Below are positions 50,701 through 61,504 of a stretch of 64,000 nucleotides of DNA, piece after piece. Under the pieces are notes generated by a model, which did no database searches, was not told where the DNA came from, and saw only the letters and a program-made list of their open reading frames with translations. The first letter of the stretch is position 1, and every line of letters starts with the position of its first letter. Made by a program: the position numbers and the translations under genes. Origin of the DNA: Klebsormidium nitens (Eukaryota > Plantae > Klebsormidiophyceae); NCBI GenBank assembly GCA_000708835.1, contig DF236984.1:186001-250000 (forward strand), read 5' to 3'.

Positions 50701-52743
50701 AGTCTACCTTCGACCAAGTCCAGATCCGCGGAGATTTGAAAGGCTGGTGGTCCCGAAGAAGCATCAGTTTTGAAGAATCCATTAGCACTTTGAAAGCGCA
50801 TCTGGACGCATTGCAAACGGAGGATATTTGGCCGCTGCACCGATATACAGAAGGCCACACGTGTACCATTCTTGCGTCTCGAGTACTGGAAGGAGCAGCC
50901 CCTCCTATAGCTGGGAAAGTTAACAAAAACGCATGCATTTTTCTATACAGTGCAGCTTTTGGAAAAGTGGAGCGCGGTGTGAGGCGTTACGAAGTCTTCC
51001 TAGGGAGATGACAACTGTCACGCGCGCGCATGCGCCTTGGCAATTTTCCTGAAAGGTGTCTAACACAGTGGCAAAGCCCCAAATAATTTCCTTGCATCCC
51101 TAATTGGGCAACCGAGAGAGAGGAACAATAAAATGCTTGGATTGCCCTCCTTAGATCACCGTTCTGGACGGAGCTTTCTGCACTGACTTGGTGCAATCTC
51201 TCACATCAATGCTTGCCGTTTTCAGGTCCGGACAGGTGCCTTGGGCGCCCTTCACAACATTAGCAGCGACCCATGCTCTACCGGCATTATCCGCCGGAAG
51301 AACGGGATTCCGCCCATTATGAAGCTCCTCCGAAGGTGTGCTATGGCTCATCTCACTTTGTGGTGAAATGGTCCTTGAGCAGTTGCACTTGTTAGAGGCC
51401 AGCTTGCAGCGCTTTCTCCTTACGCCTTTGCTTGGGGTTTTCCGCTCAATGGGCCTACCAACTAGATTACCGAGCTTTCTTCAAAACTGGTCCCGTCAAG
51501 CTGGGCTTTGTTTCCCCGGGCCCTGCTGTTACTTGAGGTAGACGTCCGAGACGGTCGTCATTTAGCGGCAGAGGGATGCATTCCAGATCGATCTATGTTC
51601 AGCGATCTTTGCATTTGCGCAACCTCTCGATGTTGCAGGTCTTACTTAGCGCTCTTTCAAGTATCAGGAGCGTCTTTAGCAAAGTGGGCTCCTCTCACGG
51701 CCTGTTTGCATGTGCACCTATCTGTTCACCAGAACTAGTAAGAGGAAGCATGAAACAAAGGAGCACTTGGAGAACAAATGTGACAGCGTTTTGCTACTTG
51801 CAGCCTGTGCTCGTGCTGCTTGCGGGCGAGGAAAAAGGGACATAAGCAGCTGCCCCGGAATTAAAGTTCGTTAACTTCAAGCGTTTGTGTTCCGAGTTAA
51901 GGTCACTCAGAGCCCTTAGGACGGCCAACCCAGTGTTGAAGTCTAAACCCAATTTTACCCATCTTTGCAGCCCGCAGGCTGCGATCGCCCAGTCCGCGGC
52001 CGGGGCACTGCAGAACGTCAGCCGAGAGGGGGAGAGCCGGCGAGTGATTCGGCGTGACAATGACGCCGTGGTGGCGCTCTTTGACATGCTGGTCGACGGA
52101 AAGGAAGTGCGAACCCAGGTACTTTGGGACAGAGCCTACTCCCGAGCTTACTTCGGATGTCTTCTACGTATCAGCGCTGGTTTTCTCTCCTGTACTCACG
52201 TATGGGATGCTTGGCATTTCGGTGAGCTTTGCTTCCTCAAAGCTCTTCTTTGCTTCGCGCACACGCAATCGATCTATGATGTGGTAATTAATTTACGCTG
52301 TGCTAGTACGCTTTCATAGTTTACAGCGAGAAGTCAGGTTCACAACAACTTCTTCGAGGAAGTCTTTCAAATACTCGAATCGACAAACTGATTCCGTCTT
52401 CGTAAATGCAGCCGCATGATCTGGACTCTGCAAAGTAATGGTTACGGGCTGATCCGATCGCTCAAGCAACGCCACTCTTTCGTATCACGGACAGCGCACC
52501 GCGGATTTAACGCACTGTACTCTCGGAATGAAGTTACGGTCCTATGTTTCTGTGGTCCAGGTGTCTGCCGTGGGCGCACTTATGAACATTCTTGGACCAG
52601 AGTTGGCGGAGAAAGGTAAGAGTAGCAAGGAGGAAAAGGCGGACCGTAAAGGCTTTGCGCGTATCATAACCAGTTGCCTAGTGATGGGCATGGCATACGA
52701 CGGCTTTTTTGGCGCGGGGGGTGCCGCGGCGTCAGTTCGGTGA
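47731..52743 (+). CDS. Armadillo-repeat protein with an in-frame TGA at 50376-50378 (possible pseudogene)
   Basis: Exons 47731-47871, 48656-48844, 49285-49404, 50310-50468, 51978-52118, 52561-52743, all phase 0. ARM-like helices ALKALKILSR, AAEAANVLMN, LQANVAGVLQSV, AIPPLVALL, AAGALQNVSRE, SAVGALMNIL. Confidence 0.75.
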
Positions 52744-54724
52744 CACGAGGACAGACCTGACGGCCTAGAATCGTATAGCATGTGGACGGCAACGTCTACG
52801 GCCAATCATGTGTCGTTGCGCCGGGCCATTGAACCGAACAGATGTTCATCAGTCACGAGATTCCAGAAATAGCTTGTAGAACTGCATCAAGTCTCTAGGT
52901 CAGTAAAGAACGTGCCAACTATTAAGTTTAAGCTAGTAGAGCACGCGCTTGAAATCTGGACCAAATTTCTGAGCCTCATTCTAAGAGCGTAGTGCTCCAG
53001 CCAATCCAGACAAGACCGGACTAGAAGGAGATCTTCGTGCACAGCTCCACTGAGGACGTAGAGCAGAGTCATTTGCAGACGGATCAAGCGGTTGCAGACA
53101 CTCTCAATCAGTTACAGTTTGAGTAGAGCCAGGCAATGTCAAATATCTCCTGACTCCTGCATCGGGGCCGAAACGTGATCGTCAATGAGGGCCGCCGTGT
53201 GTACCAGGCAAAGAGGTTGACGTATGCATCACGAGGTTTGTTGTTTATTGTGTCATTGCCAGTGGTCATCTGCATTCTGGCAGCCCGGATATCTTAGTCT
53301 TAGCACATGCAAGGACGGATGAATGTTTGCGATTGAACATCATCTGACTGGTCATTTGACTGCTGATCTGAACCAAGCGCCCAGACCCGCGGGCCGTGCG
53401 CGGGCCTCTTTGCAAGAATTAAGGTTCACCGAGTATCAAGTGCAATGAGTGAACGGGCTGTTTTCCTCGTGAATTTTGGATTAAAGACTCCCCCGCGACT
53501 CAAAATCTTCGCGAATGCTGATCGACGGACCTGAGTGAAGGAACTGATCAAGAAGGCGAGTAGGAGATAACTGGGTGCCAGATACAGCTCCAGGACGTCT
53601 TTAATAAATAAGATCACTGGCTGATGTTTTTTGAGTTTAAAGATCTGTTCCAGATTTAGCACCGCATGCGCGCACCTTTCATGCTGGCGCCCTGTCAGGA
53701 TCAGATGGGGGGGGGATCGATATAATGACTCAGTCCTTTTTTGAGTAGAAGACGCCACCGAAATCCGCAGTAGCCGGGTTACCGAGTCCCGCTGATCGCG
53801 CGACGCAGACCCATCGGCAACAAAAGCTCAAGTCACGCTGCCATGTCACAAGATCGTTGCTATACCCACCAACTTGACGATTCAGTGCAATCACGCGCGG
53901 AACTAGTGAGCTGCGCAGCGCACGCCAAGATTCATCCCTGGCAAACAATGATCGATACATTTATGTATGTCATGATGATCTGGAATTCGTCTAGAATTCT
54001 AGAATCTAAGTTTAATGGTAGGTGCTGCCGCATTGACACGTGGCCACGTGGTGCCATGAGGCTCCTCTGGCACGACTCTGTCAACTTTAGCTGACAACAT
54101 CTCATCTGCAGCACCGGTCAACCGGTAAGAGTGCTGCGAAGCTAAGCCGCACAGCCCCCCCACAGATAAAGTTCAAAGCTCAATGAGTCAATCACCTGTA
54201 CGGTAGGTCTATCATCTAGGTAGGTATGTACCTATCCCAGGTAATACCTATGTGAGGCTATGGTATCCGGTCGGCGGTCGTAGTATCCGAGGACCGTTGC
54301 TTGGCGCGGCCGCGCACAATGGTAGCGGCAACGCTTGCCACTGCCATCCAGATTCCACAGCTTGTGCAATGTGCCAATGTGCGTGATCGCATTCGGAAAT
54401 GCTGAGTCCTTGCCGGCGGCCCCCATCATACCGGTAGTAGATACTAGACACCTGCCATCCTGGTACGGCACCCGACTACGGTACAAGCCTTGGTACGATT
54501 GATTTATCGACATCTTTGCCATACTTAATATACCAATCATATCAATAAACGCCACACACGGCTGGCGCTGCGCTGGCAGTAGCTCGAGCAGCCACCTGGC
54601 ACTCAAATAGGATTTATTGATTGTGATGAATGTTACGGTTACTGGTCAGTGGTAACTCTTGAAAATGTACTGTGTGCTCTGTGGTGACTTGAAGCGGCCT
54701 GTGACTTCCGGTAAGATTCATGTA

Positions 54725-54988
54725 CCGTACCGCCAAGGGAAATCGCCTGAAAATAAATATTTTGGGGTCGGTGCGAAAAGTTAGAAAGTAAATGGGACAC
54801 TAACTGCGAAAAGGCGAAACTAAAGAATTACCTCAAAATGGCGAAAAGTCCTGTTTTGAAAGGCAGAAAAAGCAAAAAAATCCTTTGTGCGAAATGTAAA
54901 ATAAATTCTCAACGCAACGGGTGAAACCTCAAAACGAACGAAATTAACTTTTCGCACCAAAAGGTGGCGAATTCCCTTGGCGGTACGG
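54725..54988. mobile_element. MITE-like non-autonomous DNA transposon (264 bp), TA target duplication, Tc1/mariner-type ends
   Basis: Terminal inverted repeats CCGTACCGCCAAGGGAAATCGCC and GGCGAATTCCCTTGGCGGTACGG (one mismatch); inner inverted repeat GGTGCGAAAAGTT/AACTTTTCGCACC; TA on both sides; A-rich non-coding interior. Confidence 0.8.
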
Positions 54989-56149
54989 TACCCCGACCAA
55001 TCAAACAGGAATCAAACTGAAAACCCCAACCTTAATAATCACGCACTCCGCACCCCAACCCACCCTAACCACCAGACTAACCCCACCTGTCCCCCGGGTG
55101 TCACACGGCCGTTAGGTACCATAGGTCCAGAGTGATTGTCAGGGTACCTATCCGGACTTGTTGTAGGTACTAGGTTTGTACCGTCTCTATCATACATGTG
55201 CATTGTGGAGTCTGGACTCTGGGCCTCTGGAGTCTGGACTCTGGAGGCGGACGGACACCGCAAAATTGCTCAGTGCTGAGTGTACATACCGGTACATACA
55301 GCCCTGCAGTACGTAGCTAGTGCGCAGTGTGCACTTTTGAGGTTGGAAATTGTGGGGTCGTACCGGCGGAGCAATGATGATGACGTAAAGCAAGGGTTTA
55401 ATTGAAGATGCGAGTCTGCCAGCTGGTGCCGTACCGTTTAATACAGACCCGAAATATGTGGTTCTGATGCAGTCGACGGGCAGTCGACATACCTATCACA
55501 GGCTGTGGGCGGAATCGGGCGTACCGGTAGAAGTTGGCCCCTGGGCAGTGGGTAGGTACCTACAAGGTAGGTACGGTAGCTAGTCCTAGTATCCTAGAGG
55601 CTAGTAGCCTCAATGCAACGCTCAAGCCTCAGCCCCGCTCCGACTCCCGAGTCATGATAGGTACGTGTTGCTGCTTGTGGTTCTGATGCATTTGGCCATT
55701 TAGCATAGCTAATCATGGTGTGCACTGTGGGCATCTCGCTGCTTCGGGTCTCAAAAGACGACACGTACCTAAAGTTCCTAGCACGGTTCCAGGTGCGGTC
55801 TGCGCTCACGAGTCAGAGGTCAAATTCAACGTCATCTCGGTCACAGGTACCCCTACGTGCATTACATCACCCTAATATATATGGGTACGTAGGTAGTACA
55901 AGGGCCCATGAGGGGCCCTCATCGGCCACGGGCCGACGTCAGCTCAGTCATCCACGCCACAAAATCCGCACGTTGTGACGTGGCCGCTTCGAATGATGCG
56001 CATTTCCACATGACGCTCAATGAGTGCCAGGCTGACTAGGTACACTGATAGCGAGACTTGGAGTTTAACCTACTGACTGCAGCTGTGGCCTTGCATTGCT
56101 GGGATTCCGGAATCCGAACCCATCAGTCGACCAGTTCATCAAGAGGGCC

Positions 56150-56309
56150 TATAAAAGGCATTGCCAACAGGCAGAGAGCATCATTCATCACATTCTCTTT
56201 CGCTCACTTCGCTTCTCTCTCAGTTCTCCAGCTTTTGCCAACGCGCCACCAAACGAGGACTCCTCCCTCCAACTTGCCTTCGTCCGTCTGCCTCCTTAAA
56301 AACAGTAAG
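56150..56309 (+). promoter_or_regulatory. TATA box (TATAAAA 56150-56156) and non-coding first exon of the UVI-1-like gene
   Basis: TATA followed by a pyrimidine-rich leader ending in AAG|gtgagt at 56309; acceptor ccctgcag directly before the ATG at 57066. Confidence 0.65.
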
Positions 56310-57065
56310 GTGAGTCAGCCAGTCCCCCACTCAGCTGGCATCGTCGCCTTTCTGGTTCTCCACTTTGCTCTGCGCCATTAGAAGGGTTGCGCCGATTGGT
56401 TTGGACGTGATTGCGAGGAGAGCCTCTCTCTAGGCTTTTGCTTTGTGTCAAGCAGAGAGTGCATTGGTGCGCTAATGATGCCCCACTCTGTGAGTCTGGC
56501 TTTGTCAATAAAGGAAACTTTACTCTGATAGGAGGATAAAGCATTCTGCGGGAGCTCATGTTTATTTGCTGTTAACGCTCGTTGACTATTCTGCACAGAT
56601 TGAGTCAGAAACTGATCTGCTTCTGCATAGATTCGAAGTGGGTGGTACTAGTCTGGGCGGTTCTTGAATCTATACAGTTGTCGCCAAGGCCACCTTACTT
56701 AACCCACCAACTTAAAGCTAGCTCTTCTATTTGAACCTGCCAGAGTCCTGCAGAGCGGTATCTGGTTGTTTCCCATAGGTCGTTTGAAGAGTGCTCTTCT
56801 GATAACTGTAATGTCCTGGGACCCTTACCAGATGTTTTAAGCACCAAAGCTGGACTGCGCACGGCTCTTAAGTTAGGTCTTGGTAGCACCTCAGTTAGCC
56901 ACCAACTTGCAGAGAACCATTTGGGTCACTTCAGCTCTGCTTTTCCGGGGCTTCCGATCTAAACCCAATCCAGGAAAACAAGACATGAAGGAGCTGAGCT
57001 CTAGCTTTCTCTCTTGACCAACTGTGCTTTCTCTTGACAGCTGTCCTTCTTTGATTCCCCTGCAG

Positions 57066-58301
57066 ATGGCCCGCTCCCTGCTCGCCCTGACTGCCCTCTT
57101 GGCCCTCGCCAGCTGCATCGCCACCTCCGAGGCGCAAACGATCACTGCACCCACGGTCGTTGGCTGGCTCAAGAACATCACCACACAGTCGCCGCAGCAG
57201 CTGCAGTCCAGTGCGAACCAGATTACCTTGCTCAGCGGCCCTCTGATCATCATTGGCCAGGGCCCCTTCCCTCCGATTATTAGGGGCTTCACCAGCATCG
57301 TGACGACCGGCACTAGCGCCAATGCGAGTATGCAGTTCTCTACGCTTCTTGCTTGCTTGGTGTGCCTGAGAAACCAACCAGAAGGGCCGCCTTTCCAGCC
57401 CTTGTGAAGGCTTGGCCTGGCAAGGCTTATGACCTTGTGTCTTTGAAATCAATCGCTTGCGTCTGCGTGTACGGTTGTTGCCTTTGACACTCACGTTCCC
57501 TCACTTCCAGTCATTCGACCATATTGAGGCCTGAGTTGAATGAAAGCCTTGTTGGGAGGTGAGTCTGAAGCAGGACCGAAAAGTTGTGACGTCACTTCTT
57601 ATGCTGTGGTTGCAAACTGGACGAGCCTCAACAAATGTTGAAGCATTTGAGCTAGGCTACTTGCAGCACACATCTACTGTGCAAGACTCTTGGATCGAAC
57701 TCGCGTTCTTCGCGTTACACCGGCCAGGGGTTAGAGGACATTCCAAGGGTCGCAAACCTTTCTGTTTTCTGCTTGCCCTTTAGCGTCTTTGTTGGGTCGA
57801 CCAATACCGAACCATGCACTCGAGGCGCTTTGGTTAACCCCTCGACCTCATAATCTACTTTGCCAATCTGCAGACACAGCTTTAGTACCCGACAACCCAG
57901 TTCCACTAACCGCCCCGCCTCTTTCCGCTGCGCAGACCTAGCTCAACGGCGGCACCGTGGGCCCTTTCTCCCCTGCCGACCAGACGGCCATCTTCAATGC
58001 GTTCCGCACCTTCGTCACAGTCCACCAGCAGCTGCTCAACATCCTCATCGGCAAATCCGGCCTCTTCCAAACTGCGCCCTTCATTGGGCAGCCCATCTCT
58101 CAGGTGCTCCGCAGCATCGAGTCTATTGTCGACGCGCTCGCGTTCAATCTGATCGACGCGTGCCAGGCCAGGGCGGCGGACCTGACCTCTGAGAAGGACA
58201 AGCTGAAGGTAACCATCCAACTCGTCATCACCAAGTACGATGGTATCAGCGTGGCCGGCGTCCAGCCCGGCGGCCGGAAGCTGCTGAGCGTGGCGGCATA
58301 A
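57066..58301 (+). CDS. Secreted protein of the fungal UVI-1-like family; exons 57066-~57323 and 57936 or 57942-58301; possibly disrupted
   Basis: Signal peptide MARSLLALTALLALASCIATSEA; motifs GPLIIIGQGPFPPIIRGFTSIV and AIFNAFRTFVTVHQQLLNILIGKSGLF...PFIGQPISQVLR.IE.IVD, which I recall from ascomycete UVI-1. The join needs a GC donor and meets a TAG at 57939. Confidence 0.75.
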
Positions 58302-60759
58302 AAGCGTGCCGTTTCTAGTTTGCCAGGCTTTACAAACTTCAGGTAATAGAGGGTGAAGTAGTAGTAAAGAGTTCGTACGCATGGTCTGTAAGTTCCGTGC
58401 GAGGAAAAGCTTGCAGCTGAAAGAAAGCGAGCCTGTCAAATTCACAATGCAGTTAGAACCAGTGGGGACTGTGGAAATGTCGAAGTTGCGAATGTAAAGG
58501 CTGGGTGTGAGGCACAGAGACTAAACGCTATTGCAAGAAATAAAATTACATGTGGCGCGTAGGACTCGTGCAATTTTGATTACTGCCTGACCGCTACTTA
58601 GGTTACTTTGCTCGCAGCTGCAACTGAACTCAGTAAAGTCGAACTTTGCGTCGTGAAACTTTTGAAAAAGAACAACTCTGAAGTACAGTGAAGTATTCAA
58701 AGTAGAACGCGCACCTTTCTGGCAGACATTAAATAAATAGCATGCATCTCGCTGTCCCATTTTATGAGACAATCTCGATCATTGTCAAAGGCTTACTAAG
58801 TCTTACTAAGTTAACTCCATAGTCTCCAATCTACCGGACATGCCTACTCAACTAAGCGTATTTCATTTATGCTAAGGCCATGGAATATGTTTCAGATCTT
58901 TCCAGTACTAAAAGCCAAAACGTGCACTATTCTATCCAGCTGCAACGTTCACATGTACCATGGCACTCCCATTTGATTTACTCCCAATATAGTATACTAT
59001 TTCGTAGTACATCCTTTTCCTCATAACTTGGCAATAAACGGCCGGACCTAGTACTCACACAATTCGTCATTCTATTCATCAGTTCATCCGCTTCAGCTGG
59101 GCCCGATAAGTAAGTCTCGGCACTGTCACTCCTCGCAACAATGGTCACTGTAAATTCCACTTTAATGACGCTTTCAAGTTCGAATTGTACAGAGAAGAAC
59201 ATCGCGCCAAATCTAGCTGCATGATAACTTGATAAATTTGGTTCGTATCAACTGGATCATACTACCTACTCACGCACGTCAACAGACAATGAACCGTACA
59301 GAGTTGTAACAAAAGACAAGCCGAGCATATGTGCTGGTCAAGGATTGCATGTTAGCTTTTTATACGAGGTCAAATGTGAGCTCTACAATACGTAGACGTT
59401 TGAACCTACACGTACCCATCCAAAGACGTTCAGGCGAAAGAAAGCTCAACCCTTGAACCCGGCGCACCTCAAGTCTGTCATTCGAATCTACATTCCTCAA
59501 ACGCTATATACGTTTCCGTAATTAGTTAGTACGCCTGCGAGCTACGACATCTGCTTGCAAAGCCCGCAGGCCCTGAAGAAGTTCTCGGATTCGAGTTGCG
59601 CCGCGCGGGTCCGCCGGCCTCTCGCCGCCCTCCGACGTAACGGGAATCATGATAGACTGTGTGCCAGAATGTATATATGTCCGCAAACCTAAACGGCCCG
59701 GTTTATGCAAGCGCTTGCTAGGTACAGCTGCACCTCGAGGGCTTTTGGGGGTTGAAAACTCCTCAGGTTTCAATCAAAGAAAGGCACTCTTTAGAACATC
59801 ACTGCTCATATAAGCGTCAGTGAATCTTCGATGTGCGGACAGGTTAGACTCGTGTCATGCTTGGAAAAAGTACCGTCATACGTCACCGGTCGCGGGCCCC
59901 GTTTTTTAGAAGCTGCGCATGTAGTTCGTTCAGCATTTCAGCAGTTAAGCAAGCCATGGAAGCACGATTCCAAGCGGCCCCTCTTCTATCTGTTGGACAA
60001 TTACTAGCCTAGTCTGATTCATACAACGCGCCGCGCACCGGTCAAGAAGACTCCTGCTTGGAGCACGCGCGCTGGCATAAGCCTTGCTCCGCGCGACTCA
60101 CTTTCAGTCCTCTCGCTTTCCCTTGATCCAACACATCAAGTGCGTCGGCCTCTCATATTGGCTTGCCTCTTCCTGAAGGGAAGAGGGCATCCATACAAAT
60201 CGGGGTTTTTGCCGCCGTACGGCGCCGCTCTGCGGGCCCGCCGTCGGACCTGCTTCGCTTGGCCCGTTTCGACGATAAAACTCGGCGTACGGCCTATAAA
60301 TTTGTCAACATAGTTTGGCGAGATTTGTCCGACTGGGCCCGCTTGCGGCGCAGTTCGCAGCTTACGGATCGAACATTTTGGTCCGACCACTGCATGGTGC
60401 AAGTCCCGGTGTCGAGCTTCGTGCATGTTCGCGGACTTCGACGACGAAGTTTCGTGCTTGCTTGGTCGGTGGTGTTACGGCTAAACAATCCACACCGTTC
60501 AAACGAGCTTTCGACGATCGAAAGCAAAATCAGATTGTCAACCGTTGATCGGCGACATAATCAAGGAAGAGGCAAGCGTCCGCCGTCACACAGACGGCGA
60601 CCCATGTAGTAATCTACACTCATCCGAATTTTCGCGTGACCGTGCATGATCCAATTCATCATAAAATGGCCGCTCACATTCATGTGTGCTTAAAGGGGGC
60701 GTCGGGGTATAAAACCCAATTTCCGCCGACCAATTTTGACATCCGGCTTGGCAAATATT

Positions 60760-60849
60760 GGCAACTTGAATAAAGTGGCATGCAAGCGCGCTCGCCTTGA
60801 AGTCGAACTCTGCCGTGAAGCGTGGGTTCGAATCCCAAATTTTTGACAT
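60760..60849 (+). pseudogene. Degenerate tRNA-Leu-like sequence (tRNA pseudogene or SINE head)
   Basis: 3' part gcgtgggttcgaatcccaaatttttgaca resembles the eukaryotic tRNA-Leu end; acceptor, D and anticodon stems pair poorly. Confidence 0.4.
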
Positions 60850-61504
60850 TTCAGTCTCTTTTGCCCCGTTCTTTTTGTGCCCCTTGGCAGCTGACGCAGG
60901 GTGACGTCAATGATTAGGAACCGCGGTACTTGTCGGTATGATACCTACGGCCAGCTTCCGGTCCCTGCCTGGCGCCCCAGCTTCGGTTGGTACCGCATTT
61001 GGCTGGTCCTTGAAAGGTTCCACACCGTGTTGAAATCGAGACAGATTTCAGCCGTCCGATAGATTCAACACCAGTGTTTGCACCGTGCGATCCAAATGCA
61101 CTCGTGAGTGCAGACGCCCACTTTAATCAAATTGCCGCTTGATCGGATCGAAGACTATCATTCTTTTGTTCAACTGAATCTGGATTCGCCCTACTATTAC
61201 TGAACAGACTATTCTCGATGTACTTGACAGTCGAACAGGAGAAACCGCCGTTCAACGAAAGCCTTATTATCCAACGTAACGGGGGGCAGCCAGCCCACTG
61301 GATGCTGCGTCGTACTGATCCCCCTCCCGTTAAAAGCGAGGTAAATCGTCTTCCCCTTGAATGTGAAAAACAAGCTAACGTTTCCCGGCCGCTGAGGCTC
61401 GCCCAGCATCCAGATCGACCGATTGTCCGCATTGAAAACGCTCCGGGGGGGGCAGGTCGTACACCGTTTTCGACGCGTGCGCGGCCCAGCCGCCTGCCTT
61501 CTCT

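Noticed and set aside
52744-52900. SECIS element for the ARM gene TGA
   Set aside because: The TGAC...AA...GA candidate has too short a stem; no convincing SECIS by eye.
59395-59480. tRNA-like sequence on the minus strand (gtgtaggttcaaac)
   Set aside because: Only a partial T-loop resemblance; no cloverleaf could be built.
60136-60609. Overlapping GC-rich ORFs on both strands
   Set aside because: No motifs or splice-supported structure; likely chance ORFs.
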